Assembly (NCBI GenBank): GCA_015061495.1
Contig: SUWL01000004.1
Span: forward strand, 115 to 64,114
Reading direction: 5' to 3'
Length of the DNA stretch: 64,000 nt
Source: Lentisphaerota bacterium
GTDB taxonomy: Bacteria > Verrucomicrobiota > Lentisphaeria > Victivallales > Victivallaceae
The translations under genes and the position numbers were made by a program. The notes under the pieces are model-generated. The model did not search any database, was not told the origin of the DNA, and saw only the letters and a list, made by a program, of their open reading frames with translations. Of this stretch, positions 54,692-64,000 are shown piece by piece; the first letter of the stretch is position 1, and every line of letters starts with the position of its first letter.

Positions 54692-55306
54692 ATGGCACCT
54701 GAAGCCGGAAGCGGCATAAAATTGATCGTGGGATTGGGTAATCCCGGAGCAGAATATGCCAAATCCCGGCACAATGCCGGATTCATGGTGATCGAAAAAT
54801 TGCTTTCCACCTTTCCGGAAGGACGTTTTATCGAGAGCCACACCGCTGGAAGCCGGGTTTTTACCGGGCGGTTCCGCGGCAGGAATCTGGTGCTGCAAAT
54901 GCCGCTGACCTATATGAATGTCAGCGGCGAAGCAGTCGCTCCGTTGAGCCGCCGGTTGGGGATCACCCCCAAAGAGATTCTGGTCATCTCCGATGATCTG
55001 GATCTCGCTCCCGGCAGACTGCGGTTGCGCCAGGGCGGTTCCGACGGCGGACACAATGGTTTGAAGTCCATCATCTCCCAGTTGGGCAGTGCGGAATTCA
55101 AACGGGTCAGAGTCGGGATCGGCAGACCTGAATCAGGCAAGACCGCCGATTATGTGTTGAGCGGTTTTGAAGGTGACGAAGAAAAAGCTTTTGCAGCGGC
55201 AGTCGACCGGGCTGCCCAGGCGGTTCAGACCGTTTTGAGTGCCGGTATGACAGCGGCGATGAATAAGTTCAATGCCGCGGAGAAGAACGATACTGAAAAC
55301 AAGTAA
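54692..55306 (+). CDS. pth: Peptidyl-tRNA hydrolase
   Basis: LIVGLGNPGAEYAKSRHNAGFMV, YMNVSGEAV, DDLDLAPGRLRLRQGGSDGGHNGLKS. Confidence 0.93.
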   Translation: MAPEAGSGIKLIVGLGNPGAEYAKSRHNAGFMVIEKLLSTFPEGRFIESHTAGSRVFTGRFRGRNLVLQMPLTYMNVSGEAVAPLSRRLGITPKEILVISDDLDLAPGRLRLRQGGSDGGHNGLKSIISQLGSAEFKRVRVGIGRPESGKTADYVLSGFEGDEEKAFAAAVDRAAQAVQTVLSAGMTAAMNKFNAAEKNDTENK

Positions 55307-55335
55307 AAAAGCCATCTAAAGAAAAGAGGTTTATT

Positions 55336-55662
55336 TTGAAAAAATACGAATCTGTATTCATTCTGGACATCCGCAAGACGGATGACAACGGTGCTGCTTT
55401 CTGCAATGGTTTCGCAGAGTTGATCAAATCTCTCGGCGGCGAAATCGAAAAAACCGTTGAAATGGGTCGTAAACAATTCACCTATGAGATCGATAAACGC
55501 CGTGCCGGACTTTATTTCGATTTCATTTTCACACTGGATCCTGCCAAACTGGTCGCTATCCGTGAGAAATATCATCTGGATCAGCAGGTTCTGCGCAGCA
55601 TGACGCTGATCTACGACCGTCCGGAAGGCGCCGATAACGCTGAACCGCTCCGGTTTGAATGA
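55336..55662 (+). CDS. rpsF: 30S ribosomal protein S6
   Basis: MKKYESVFILD...WGRKQFTYEI-like core (EMGRKQFTYEIDKRRAGLYF). TTG start with the RBS gaaaagagg. It sits in the rpsF-ssb-rpsR-rplI context. Confidence 0.88.
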   Translation: MKKYESVFILDIRKTDDNGAAFCNGFAELIKSLGGEIEKTVEMGRKQFTYEIDKRRAGLYFDFIFTLDPAKLVAIREKYHLDQQVLRSMTLIYDRPEGADNAEPLRFE

Positions 55663-55714
55663 TCTTCAAAGAGTTTCAACAACGCAGTCAAACAAGAACA
55701 ACGGAGAGATTATT

Positions 55715-56254
55715 ATGGCTTCGCTGAACAAGGTTTTTCTTCTGGGCAATTTGACCCGGGATCCCGATTTGCGCGGATTTCCCAACGGTCAGAGTGTCTG
55801 TGATCTGCGGCTCGCTGTCAGTCGCCGTTTCTCCAGCAATGGTCAGGAGCAGGAGGAAACCTGTTTCGTTGACGTGGTCGTTTGGGGCAAAGTTGCCAAT
55901 AATTGCCGCCAGTATCTTTCCAAAGGTTCCCAGGTCATGGTCGAGGGGCGTCTGCAGCTTGACTCCTGGGAAGACCGCAACGGCGGCGGCCAGCGCTCCA
56001 AGTTGCGGGTCGTTGCTGAAAATGTCCAGTTTATGAGCCGCCGCCGGGATGATGCTCCCGGTGCAGGTCAGAATGGATATGCCGGCAACGGCGGTTATCA
56101 GTCCAACGGCGGATATCAGTCCAACGGCGGTTATCAATCCAGCGGATTCCCTGTCAATCAGGCTCCGCGCCGTCCGATGGATATGCCGGCAATGCCGGAC
56201 CCCGGATTCCCGGGTGATGCATCTGCCGCCCCGGAAGATGATATCCCGTTTTGA
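55715..56254 (+). CDS. ssb: Single-stranded DNA-binding protein
   Basis: MASLNKVFLLGNLTRDPDLR...CFVDVVVWGKVAENC-like OB fold, a Gly-rich linker with NGGYQS repeats, and the acidic tip DDIPF. Confidence 0.93.
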   Translation: MASLNKVFLLGNLTRDPDLRGFPNGQSVCDLRLAVSRRFSSNGQEQEETCFVDVVVWGKVANNCRQYLSKGSQVMVEGRLQLDSWEDRNGGGQRSKLRVVAENVQFMSRRRDDAPGAGQNGYAGNGGYQSNGGYQSNGGYQSSGFPVNQAPRRPMDMPAMPDPGFPGDASAAPEDDIPF

Positions 56255-56322
56255 TGATGAAATGTTGATCGAATAAGCAATCGTAAAGTTAATTTATAAT
56301 TTTAAGAAAAGAGAGGATTCCC

Positions 56323-56559
56323 ATGCAGGGTCAGAAAAGACAAGGCGGCCGTCGTCGTGCGGCTGCGAAACCCAAGGTTTGCCGCTTCTGTGAGGCAAAA
56401 GTCCGCTACATCGATTTCAAAGATGCCGAAACGCTGATGAAATTCCAGACCGAAAAAGGCAAAATCATGCCCCGCCGTATCACCGGCAACTGCCTGGATC
56501 ACCAGAAAATGCTTTCCATCGCCGTCAAACGGGCGCGGATGCTCTCGCTGGTCTACTGA
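56323..56559 (+). CDS. rpsR: 30S ribosomal protein S18
   Basis: CRFCEAKVRYIDFKDAETLMKFQTEKGKIMPRRITGNCLDHQKMLSIAVKRARMLSL. Confidence 0.93.
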   Translation: MQGQKRQGGRRRAAAKPKVCRFCEAKVRYIDFKDAETLMKFQTEKGKIMPRRITGNCLDHQKMLSIAVKRARMLSLVY

Positions 56560-56592
56560 TAAACCAACAGAGAACTATTTGGAGGTTTTACT

Positions 56593-57045
56593 ATGGCTTA
56601 TGTAAGTCTTATTCTTTTGGATGATGTCGAACATCTCGGTCTTGCCGGTGATGAAGTGCGTGTCGCTCCCGGTTATGCCAGAAACTATCTTATCCCCAAA
56701 AAACTCGCTGCCAAAGCTACTCCCGGTACGCTGCGCCTGATCGAGTCCCGCAAAGCGGCTATCGCTGCCCGCCGCGCCGCCGATCTCGCCAATGCCAAAG
56801 AGCTGGCAGAGAAACTCGCAACGGTCGAGATCTCCATCGCGATGCAGGCCACTGAAGACGATCAGCTCTTCGGTTCTGTCACTCCGCGTATGGTCGCAGA
56901 GGAACTGAATGCCCAGGGTTATACCATTGAGCACAACCGCATTCTCATCGATCCCCCGATCAAAATGCTCGGCAGTTTTGAAGCGGAAGTCAAACTTCAT
57001 CCCGAAGTTTCCGCAACTGTCAAAATCTGGGTCGTCCGCGGTTAA
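56593..57045 (+). CDS. rplI: 50S ribosomal protein L9
   Basis: VILLDDVEHLGLAGDEVRVAPGYARNYLIPKKLA is the canonical L9 N-terminal domain. 150 aa. Confidence 0.92.
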   Translation: MAYVSLILLDDVEHLGLAGDEVRVAPGYARNYLIPKKLAAKATPGTLRLIESRKAAIAARRAADLANAKELAEKLATVEISIAMQATEDDQLFGSVTPRMVAEELNAQGYTIEHNRILIDPPIKMLGSFEAEVKLHPEVSATVKIWVVRG

Positions 57046-57063
57046 TTTCCGCAGGGGTTCCTT

Positions 57064-58488
57064 ATGGCTGAATTTGCCGAAAAAAAATCTGTTTCAGCAC
57101 GCCCGGCGGGTATTTTACCCGACCGGGCGCAGCCGCATAATTTGAAAGTGGAACAGGCGGTTCTCGCCTGTATTCTCCGCGAACCAAAGAGTTGCGTTGA
57201 TACCGTGGTGGAAAAACTCGGCACCGCGGGTGATGCTTTTTACAGTGCCGCCAACCGCAGTATCTATCAGGCGGCTGTTGAATTGAATAAAGCCGGTACA
57301 GTTCCTGATTTGCTCAGTGTCGCGCAGAAATTGAAGTCTGCCGGCAAACTTGAGGCTGCCGGCGGCGAACTTTACCTCGCTGAAGTGTATGCTTCCATTG
57401 CCACGACAGTGAATATCGAATCGTGGTGTGATATTCTGCGCAAGTTGTGCATGCTCCGCAGAATGATCGATGCCTGTTCCGGGGCGTTGATCAAATGTTT
57501 TGACGATAATGCCGATCCCGCCAAACTGGTCGAAGAGATCGAAACTGATATTTACAAGATCCGCAATGAGGATAATAAAGAGGCGATCAAAGATCTGCCG
57601 GTATTGGTGGCACAGGAGTTCCAGATGCTGCTGGATATCCGTGACCGCAAAATCGAGGTGGGCATTCCCACCGGCTATGCTCCGCTGGATGATTTCACCG
57701 GCGGGTTGAAAAAAGGGGAGATGTTTGTTCTGGCGGCGCGTCCTTCCATCGGTAAGACCACGCTGGGGTTGAACATCATTTCCAATGTGGCGATCAAGGG
57801 CGAGAAGCGCCGCCCGGTGGCGTTTTTCAGTTTGGAAATGACCGACAGTCAGATCGCCCGCCGTCTGCTCTGTTCTGAAGCGGGCATCCCGGAAAGTGTC
57901 TTCTGGAATGGCACATTCAACGATAGTGATATGACCAAACTTACTGCCGCTGCCGCAGAGATCCGCAAAGCGCAGCTTTTCATCGACCCGACCGGCGGTT
58001 TGACGATTTCCGAATTGCGTGCCAAAGCCAGACGGCTGAAAAATGAACATGATATTCAATTGATAGTTATTGACTATCTGCAGCTTATGCATGCTGATGC
58101 CAAGGTCGACGGTCGTCAGCAGGAGGTCGCCGAAATTTCCGGCGGCATTAAAAAACTTGCCAAAGACTTGAATATTCCGGTGCTGGTACTCGCTCAGCTC
58201 AACCGTGAAATCGATAAAAATACCAGCGCGAATGCCCGTCCGAAACTGGCGCATTTGCGTGAATCCGGTGCTATTGAGCAGGATGCCGACATCGTGACTT
58301 TCCTGCACCGCAACCGTGATGATGCCAAAAATATCGCCGACGGTGCCTCCACCGAGGCGGAATTGATTGTGGAAAAGAACCGTAACGGTAAGATCGGTAC
58401 GGTAAAAATGTTCTTTTATCCATCCAAAATGCTTTTCGAGGCTCAGCCTCCGGTAAGCCGTGAATATGCTCCGGGTGGGGGACAGTGA
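57064..58488 (+). CDS. dnaB: Replicative DNA helicase DnaB
   Basis: PHNLKVEQAVLACIL, Walker A ARPSIGKTT, FSLEMTDSQIARRL, VIDYLQLM, LAQLNREIDKN, LRESGAIEQDADIV. Confidence 0.95.
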   Translation: MAEFAEKKSVSARPAGILPDRAQPHNLKVEQAVLACILREPKSCVDTVVEKLGTAGDAFYSAANRSIYQAAVELNKAGTVPDLLSVAQKLKSAGKLEAAGGELYLAEVYASIATTVNIESWCDILRKLCMLRRMIDACSGALIKCFDDNADPAKLVEEIETDIYKIRNEDNKEAIKDLPVLVAQEFQMLLDIRDRKIEVGIPTGYAPLDDFTGGLKKGEMFVLAARPSIGKTTLGLNIISNVAIKGEKRRPVAFFSLEMTDSQIARRLLCSEAGIPESVFWNGTFNDSDMTKLTAAAAEIRKAQLFIDPTGGLTISELRAKARRLKNEHDIQLIVIDYLQLMHADAKVDGRQQEVAEISGGIKKLAKDLNIPVLVLAQLNREIDKNTSANARPKLAHLRESGAIEQDADIVTFLHRNRDDAKNIADGASTEAELIVEKNRNGKIGTVKMFFYPSKMLFEAQPPVSREYAPGGGQ

Positions 58489-58510
58489 TATTTAATCTGG
58501 GGAGATTGTC

Positions 58511-60832
58511 ATGTTGAAAAAATTATTGACGCGGGTATTGCCGGTCATCAGCTTTGCAGTTGCGGTCAACGCGGCAGAGGTCGGATCGGTGAAATTTATC
58601 CAGGAAGGCAGCAATCCGGTGCCGACCGATCTGCTGAATGTCGCATTGCGGCTCCGGCCGGGGATGGAATTCAGCAAGGCGCACATGGACGAGGATTTGA
58701 AAAATCTTTACCGCAGCGGCAAAGTCGCAGATGCGGTTTCCGACTTCCGCACCATGCCGGACGGCAAGATCGAAATCATCTACAAAATCAAACCTTCGCC
58801 GGTGATTTCGGTATTCAAAATCGAAGGAAACAAGAAGTTTTCCACCAAAGATCTGCAAGGCTGTCTGGAACTTGCAGACGGTGACCGTCTCAACAGCGGG
58901 GCATTGAGCAGAACTGTGGAAAACATCCGTAAATTTTACCTGGAAAAAGGTTATTCCGATGCGGTCATTCAGCTGCCGGCCGTACTCCCCGACGGCAAAG
59001 GCGGCGTTATTGTGACGGTGAAAATCGAAGAAAACCTCCGGCTTAAAGTTCATGATGTCACCTTTGAGGGGGTAACTGCCGTCAAAGAGCGCACTTTGCG
59101 TTCCGCATTGTTCAACAGTTACAGCTACTGGAATCTGGTACCATTCATCAACGATTACCTCAACTACGGTCTGCTTGACCGGGCGGAATTGGAAACTGAC
59201 CGGGCACGGCTGCGGGAACTTTACTACAACAAAGGTTATCTGGACTTCAAGGTAAAAGATATCAAGATCACTCCAACGGCGGATGACCCGGAATTTGTCG
59301 ATCTCCACTTCATCATTGAGGAGGGTGAACCGTACACGGTGGACAAAGTGACGATTTCCGGCAATGAACGTCTCAAAGCTGAAGAATTGCTGCCGCTTTT
59401 GCGTATCAAAAGCGGGGATGTCTACTCTCTGGAAGCGGAAAATGCTTCCGTCCGTGCCATCAGTGCGTTGTACGATGCTGACGGTTATTGCGATCTTTTG
59501 GTGCGTCCGGTGCGTTCCAGTGACTATCCGAACCACAAAGTTTCGCTGGATTTCCAGATCGTCGAGGGACGCAAGTATTCGGTAAGAAACGTGGATATCA
59601 TCGGCAATACCGCCACTAAAGAAAAGGTGCTGCGCCGGGAATTGGCGATCCAGCCGGGGGATCCGGTGACCAAACGGCGTATCGACATCAGCCGTCAGCG
59701 GTTGATGGGTATGGGATACTTCACCAAAGTTGAAGCCGAAGCGGTCAATGCCGATGCGCTCAATGAAAAAGATGTCCGGATCACGGTCGAGGAGAAACCT
59801 GACCGTTACAATTTCCGTATCGGTGCCGGTGCATCGGATATCAACAGTTTTTTCGGGATGGCGGAAATTTCGACCAACAACTTCGATATCACCAATCCGC
59901 GCAACTGGTTCTACGGCGGCGGTCAGCGGCTGCGTATTCAGGGAATTTACGGTATTGACGATGCCGGATTCAATGTGGATTTCGTCGAACCGTGGCTCTT
60001 TGATCTGCCGCTGCGTTTTGAATTGTCCGGTTATATGACCACCTCTGAATACGATGACTGGGATGAACGGCATATCGGGGTGAGAACTTCGCTGCAGCGC
60101 AAGATTTTTGATGACTTCACCACCATTGCCGTCGGTTATAAATTTGAGGTGGTGCGGGTACACGATATCAACAAGCGTTTGAAAAGCTACCTCAAAGAGC
60201 GTGAGATGGACGGCACTTCCCGGGTCAGTCAGTTTTCGCTGATGCTCAGCCGGGATACCCGGGACAGCATAGTTGACCCCACTGAAGGCTACTATATCAA
60301 TCTTTTCGGATCGATCACGCCGGAGATCATGGGAGCAAGTTCCAACTACTTCCGCATGGAAGCCAAAGGCAGTTACCATCACAGTTTCTTTGACAAGGCG
60401 ATCGTTGTGTCACTGGGAGCCAAAATCGGTGTCGTTACCGGATTTGATTACAAAGATGATGTGCCGCTGTACGAGCGTTACTTCCTCGGCGGCAGCGGTT
60501 CGGTGCGCGGTTTTGAGCACCGTTCCATCGGACAGATCGCAGAAGGCTGCAACATCGGTGGTCAGACGATGCTGATTTTGACTGCTGAAGTTTCCCATCC
60601 GATCTGGGGGCCTCTGCGCGGTGCGGCATTTGTTGATGCCGGTGACACCTGGAACAATGCGTACAGCATGGATTTTGATTCGATCAATGTCGGTGTCGGT
60701 TACGGATTCCGGTTGAAATTACCGATGATCCAGGCTCCGTTGCGGTTGGATCTGGCGTATCCGGTGGTCAGAGGTCAGCGCAATTTGAAAGAAAAGTTCC
60801 GGGTACACTTCAACGTCGGGTTCTCGTTCTGA
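58511..60832 (+). CDS. bamA: Outer membrane protein assembly factor BamA (POTRA repeats + Omp85 barrel)
   Basis: 773 aa with a signal peptide. Repeated POTRA-like units (I.I.GN..F....L), and a C-terminal barrel with YFLGG.GSVRGF and a terminal aromatic residue (VGFSF). Confidence 0.88.
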   Translation: MLKKLLTRVLPVISFAVAVNAAEVGSVKFIQEGSNPVPTDLLNVALRLRPGMEFSKAHMDEDLKNLYRSGKVADAVSDFRTMPDGKIEIIYKIKPSPVISVFKIEGNKKFSTKDLQGCLELADGDRLNSGALSRTVENIRKFYLEKGYSDAVIQLPAVLPDGKGGVIVTVKIEENLRLKVHDVTFEGVTAVKERTLRSALFNSYSYWNLVPFINDYLNYGLLDRAELETDRARLRELYYNKGYLDFKVKDIKITPTADDPEFVDLHFIIEEGEPYTVDKVTISGNERLKAEELLPLLRIKSGDVYSLEAENASVRAISALYDADGYCDLLVRPVRSSDYPNHKVSLDFQIVEGRKYSVRNVDIIGNTATKEKVLRRELAIQPGDPVTKRRIDISRQRLMGMGYFTKVEAEAVNADALNEKDVRITVEEKPDRYNFRIGAGASDINSFFGMAEISTNNFDITNPRNWFYGGGQRLRIQGIYGIDDAGFNVDFVEPWLFDLPLRFELSGYMTTSEYDDWDERHIGVRTSLQRKIFDDFTTIAVGYKFEVVRVHDINKRLKSYLKEREMDGTSRVSQFSLMLSRDTRDSIVDPTEGYYINLFGSITPEIMGASSNYFRMEAKGSYHHSFFDKAIVVSLGAKIGVVTGFDYKDDVPLYERYFLGGSGSVRGFEHRSIGQIAEGCNIGGQTMLILTAEVSHPIWGPLRGAAFVDAGDTWNNAYSMDFDSINVGVGYGFRLKLPMIQAPLRLDLAYPVVRGQRNLKEKFRVHFNVGFSF

Positions 60833-61638
60833 TGCCGGAATATCCCCCAAATGCTGATTCACTGATGGCGATATTGCGCCGGCTGCGTGCGCCGGACGGC
60901 TGTCCGTGGGATCGGGAACAGACCAGATCGAGTCTGGTCAAATCGTTTGACGGTGAATGTGCCGAATTGATTTATGCCATTGACCGCAATGACCTGCCCA
61001 ATATCTGCGAAGAATTGGGAGATGTCCTGATGAATGTATTGTTTCAGGTGGTCATTGCCGAAGAGAACGGTGAATTTACCCTTGCAGATGTGTGGCGGCA
61101 GATCATTGACAAAATGATTCGCCGTCACGCTCATGTTTTCGGGAACGAACATGCGGAAACCGCCGGAGATGTTGCCGAGTTGTGGCAGCGGATCAAGGCG
61201 CAGGAACATGCCGCATCCCCCGCTCCGGCATCGGTCATGGATAAGGTCAAACCGTGTCTGTCGGTGCTTGACCGGGCGGAGAAACTGCAGAAAGCCGCCG
61301 CAAAAACCGGATTTGACTGGCAATGTGCCGCAGATATAACCGGTAAAATTTCCGAAGAGTGCGATGAAGTGCGCGAAGCATTGACTGAAAATGATCAGGA
61401 TCATATCGATGAAGAACTTGGTGATCTGCTTTTTGCAGTGGTCAATCTCATCCGTTTCCGCGGCGGAAAAAGCGCATCGGAATTGTTGCGGCAAGCGAAT
61501 TTGAAGTTTGAGAACCGCTTCCGCAAAATGGAAAAGTGCTTCGCAGATGCCGGTAAAGTGCTTGACGGTGCAGATCCCGAAACATTTGACCGCTTCTGGG
61601 AAATGGTCAAAAAAAGTGAAGTAAAGCATGAAAAATAA
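60832..61638 (+). CDS. mazG: Nucleoside triphosphate pyrophosphohydrolase MazG
   Basis: L..IL.RLRAPDGCPWDREQT, EELGDVLMNVLF, and a second half EELGDLLFAVVNL (tandem MazG domains). Confidence 0.9.
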   Translation: MPEYPPNADSLMAILRRLRAPDGCPWDREQTRSSLVKSFDGECAELIYAIDRNDLPNICEELGDVLMNVLFQVVIAEENGEFTLADVWRQIIDKMIRRHAHVFGNEHAETAGDVAELWQRIKAQEHAASPAPASVMDKVKPCLSVLDRAEKLQKAAAKTGFDWQCAADITGKISEECDEVREALTENDQDHIDEELGDLLFAVVNLIRFRGGKSASELLRQANLKFENRFRKMEKCFADAGKVLDGADPETFDRFWEMVKKSEVKHEK

Positions 61639-63364
61639 ACGTTTTGCCCAGTCGTTTTTTTCTGAAAACGGCATTCTGCAGGGGACTTCCTGGCTGATCC
61701 TGCTGACGGCAGCGGTGATGCTGCTCTGTATGCTCGGGCGCAGTTCGCTGGTTGGTCTCGAAGCTGAAACTGCCGATGCCCTGCGGGAACTGCTTGGCGG
61801 CAAAGATGTCTTTTCCGCGACCGGAGAATACAACGGTTATGATATTCCCAGTTTATGGAACTGCCGTATCCGCAGTATTCCGGCGATACTTTTCGGGATC
61901 AGCGAATTGACCTGCCGTCTGCCGTCGGTATTTTCCGCATTGCTGATGCTTTGCGGGACGATGCTGTTGAGCAAAGATTTTTTCAACCGCAGTACGATGT
62001 ATACGATCACCTGGATGCTGGTCGGTTCATGCGGATTTATTTACTGGGGCAGATTTGCCGGTAATTACATGACTCTGGCGGCGTGGGCGGTGTGGAGTGC
62101 CGTTATGCTGCGTTTTGTCTATGACAAATTGTGGTGGCGCTGTATATTTTTTATAGTGGTATTCACGGGGATCGCGTGGTGGGGAATGCATTATCTGCTG
62201 CTGCTGCCGGGAATAATTCTGATCATGCTGCCGCATTGCCGCAAAGTTTTTCTGCATTGGCAAAATTTGATTGCAGCAGGCATAGCGCTGGTGACAGTAT
62301 TCATCGGGCTGTTCTTTGCGGTGGATTTTACAGGTATGCCGTTTTGGCAATCATCGGCAAGGGTATGGCATCTGGTCAGCGGTACATTTATTGAGTCGTT
62401 GTATATGACGTTATGGCCGGGGATCGGCGGCACGCTGCGCGGCGGGAATATCTGGAACTTGTACCAGTTGCTTTTTCCGTGGAGTTTACCGGCGGCGGTG
62501 GCCCTGGTCAGCTTGTCACGTAAAGTGAAAAAACTCCCGGAAGTGCATCGCAGCCTGTTTTACGGGACCATTCTAATTCTGCTGCTTACGGCACTGTTTC
62601 CTGCCCGTTCGTGGCAATATCAGCTGCCGCTGCTGCCGTTTCTGCTGATGATCACCGGCGGAGTCATTACCGGCAGGATCGGTGAGATCCGGTGGGTACC
62701 GTACATTACCCGGATCATGATTTGGATCATCAGTATATTATGTTCATTTGCCGTGGCGGTGATCGTCACCTGGCCATTGTGGAATATGGTTTTATTTTCT
62801 CCTCCTCCGCTGTCATTGATGATATTTTCTCCGCTGCTGGGACTGCTGGGATTGGCGTGTGTGGTTTTTGGCAAGGGGTTCGCCGGTACGATCGAGCGGT
62901 TGAGCGGTATGCGCGGACCGTGGAGCGGTTATATTCTTGGCGGCGTGTGCTTTATGGCTGCGGCACTTGCCATAGGTTATCCATCGCTGGATATTTACCG
63001 TTCCGGCAGACCGTTTTGGATGGCGTGCGGCAATTTGACCCGTCACTTACCGGAGGAAGAGGTGATCTTTGCCGGTGAGGAAATGCCGGCAGCAGCGCGT
63101 TACTATATGGCATTGCCGGAACCGTGTCAGGTTGTTCCGGAAATTCAGGAGCTGCCCTCGGCGCTGGTAAAAGTTTCAACCGGTGAAGCCCGGTTGATCA
63201 TCCGTAAAAAATTTCTGGAGGATGCCCGGAAGGTGTTGACAAGATACCACTGGGAATTGGGCAGTGACCGGTTTATTGTTGAAGAGGGCGGGGTGATTTC
63301 CTTTTCCGGAGAGACAGTTCCCGGGGATGAAAAATTTGTACTTTGCAAAATCATCCGGAAATAA
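61628..63364 (+). CDS. Polytopic membrane protein, possibly a GT-C-fold (ArnT/PMT-like) glycosyltransferase
   Basis: 578 aa with at least 10 hydrophobic helices followed by a ~130-aa soluble C-terminal domain. The assignment rests on architecture only. Confidence 0.4.
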   Translation: MKNKRFAQSFFSENGILQGTSWLILLTAAVMLLCMLGRSSLVGLEAETADALRELLGGKDVFSATGEYNGYDIPSLWNCRIRSIPAILFGISELTCRLPSVFSALLMLCGTMLLSKDFFNRSTMYTITWMLVGSCGFIYWGRFAGNYMTLAAWAVWSAVMLRFVYDKLWWRCIFFIVVFTGIAWWGMHYLLLLPGIILIMLPHCRKVFLHWQNLIAAGIALVTVFIGLFFAVDFTGMPFWQSSARVWHLVSGTFIESLYMTLWPGIGGTLRGGNIWNLYQLLFPWSLPAAVALVSLSRKVKKLPEVHRSLFYGTILILLLTALFPARSWQYQLPLLPFLLMITGGVITGRIGEIRWVPYITRIMIWIISILCSFAVAVIVTWPLWNMVLFSPPPLSLMIFSPLLGLLGLACVVFGKGFAGTIERLSGMRGPWSGYILGGVCFMAAALAIGYPSLDIYRSGRPFWMACGNLTRHLPEEEVIFAGEEMPAAARYYMALPEPCQVVPEIQELPSALVKVSTGEARLIIRKKFLEDARKVLTRYHWELGSDRFIVEEGGVISFSGETVPGDEKFVLCKIIRK

Positions 63365-63392
63365 CAGAATGGTTGATTATCAGGTTTTTGTT

Positions 63393-63426
63393 TGATTGTC
63401 ACACGGATGAAACAATCACGTTTTTG
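63393..63426 (+). terminator. Candidate intrinsic terminator
   Basis: tgattgt-cacacggatgaa-acaatca followed by cgtttttggg, 28 nt after the stop at 63364. Confidence 0.45.
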
Positions 63427-63571
63427 GGACAGTAAAATTATTTTTTAAGCAAAAATAATATGATAAATCATGATAAATGCTTGAAAAAAATCGTTTAAGG
63501 TGTATCTTATAATCAGGTTGTTTGTAAAGTTGTTTTACTAAACAAAAAATTTCACTACAGGAGAAGTTAAA

Positions 63572-64000
63572 GTGGAAAAAAGACGTTATGCAGTATGCGG
63601 AGTTTCCGCTCGTGCGATCTATTCTTACATTGATCCGATGTGCAAAAAGTTTGCCCATTGTGCCGAATTGGTCGGTTTGCTTGATATTGATCCGCTGCGT
63701 TTCAAAGTTTGCAAAGATGCTGTTCCTGAAGCACAGAATGTTCCGGAATATATGGCGGAAGATTTTGAAAAAATGCTCGCTGAAACCAAGCCGGATGCCC
63801 TGCTGGTCGTCAGCATGGACTGCACCCACGTCAAATATATCGTCGCCGGTCTGGAACATGATCTGGATGTCATTTGCGAAAAACCGATGACCACCAACAC
63901 CGCTGATGCGCTGCGGGTCATGGAAGCTGAAGCCAAATCCAAAGGTAAAGTCACCTGTACATTCAACTACCGTTACAATCCGGTTCACCGCAAATTGCGT
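63572..64000 (+). CDS. Gfo/Idh/MocA-family oxidoreductase, 5' partial (runs off the window end)
   Basis: This gene is not in the ORF track because no stop is reached. GTG 63572 is preceded by AGGAG. My own translation is VEKRRYAVCGVSARAIYSYIDPM...PDALLVVSMDCTHVKYIVAGLEHDLDVICEKPMTT (Rossmann-like fold plus the EKP motif). Confidence 0.7.
   Translation, partial: MEKRRYAVCGVSARAIYSYIDPMCKKFAHCAELVGLLDIDPLRFKVCKDAVPEAQNVPEYMAEDFEKMLAETKPDALLVVSMDCTHVKYIVAGLEHDLDVICEKPMTTNTADALRVMEAEAKSKGKVTCTFNYRYNPVHRKLR

Noticed and set aside
56040-56140. The NGGYQS tandem repeats in ssb as a notable repeat.
   Set aside because: Gly/Gln/Asn-rich repetitive linkers between the OB fold and the acidic tip are a normal feature of bacterial SSB proteins.

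Overview
This is a gene-dense chromosomal segment with about 50% GC by eye. I call 50 protein-coding genes, one frameshifted gene (rpe) and one tRNA (tRNA-Asn). I found no rRNA, CRISPR array, transposase, phage gene or recognisable defence system. The gene content suggests an anaerobe of the PVC superphylum (Lentisphaerota-, Verrucomicrobiota- or Kiritimatiellota-like). The clues are an H-X9-DG (DUF1559-type) pseudopilin inside a glycan-degradation operon, a MurB-Ddl fusion and a group-4-hydrogenase-like complex. This taxonomic call is an inference.

Gene layout, left to right:
- hrpB and a xerC/D-like recombinase.
- An SH3b protein.
- A 10-kb co-directional string: three SPFH paralogs, a P1B metal ATPase and an ABC-2 module.
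- corC, rpe (frameshifted), hisI, murB-ddl and a GcvT-like gene.
- A minus-strand operon of six hyf/ehr-like genes followed by an SNF sodium symporter.
- A macA/macB-like efflux system.
- A HAD hydrolase and an orphan DNA methyltransferase.
- An 8-kb minus-strand glycan operon: GntR regulator, HpcH aldolase, pseudopilin, GH43, a 991-aa secreted protein, CE4 deacetylase and a BNR protein.
- tRNA-Asn with a tandem array.
- nadB, pcnB, a GHL10-like gene, a DUF89 gene and ctp.
- prs-rplY-pth, rpsF-ssb-rpsR-rplI-dnaB, bamA, mazG, a polytopic membrane protein and a partial Gfo/Idh/MocA oxidoreductase.

Most interesting observations:
1. The hydrogenase-like large subunit has lost all four canonical Ni-Fe cysteine positions. 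Its operon appears co-transcribed with a sodium:solute symporter.
2. The pseudopilin gene carries two prepilin leader segments (FTLIELLV) separated by an in-frame 171-nt insert. The insert contains a perfect 14-bp AT-rich hairpin. The hairpin core (ttttctcgtgaaaa) recurs in the 91-bp tandem array at the window start.
3. Three 201-bp tandem units lie directly 3' of tRNA-Asn. Each copies the tRNA trailer, part of its 3' end and an intrinsic terminator.
4. MurB and Ddl are fused and carry a C-terminal membrane tail.
5. The MacA-like adaptor has a roughly 320-residue coiled coil.

All functional calls rest on motif recognition by eye in the supplied translations. No database search was run.
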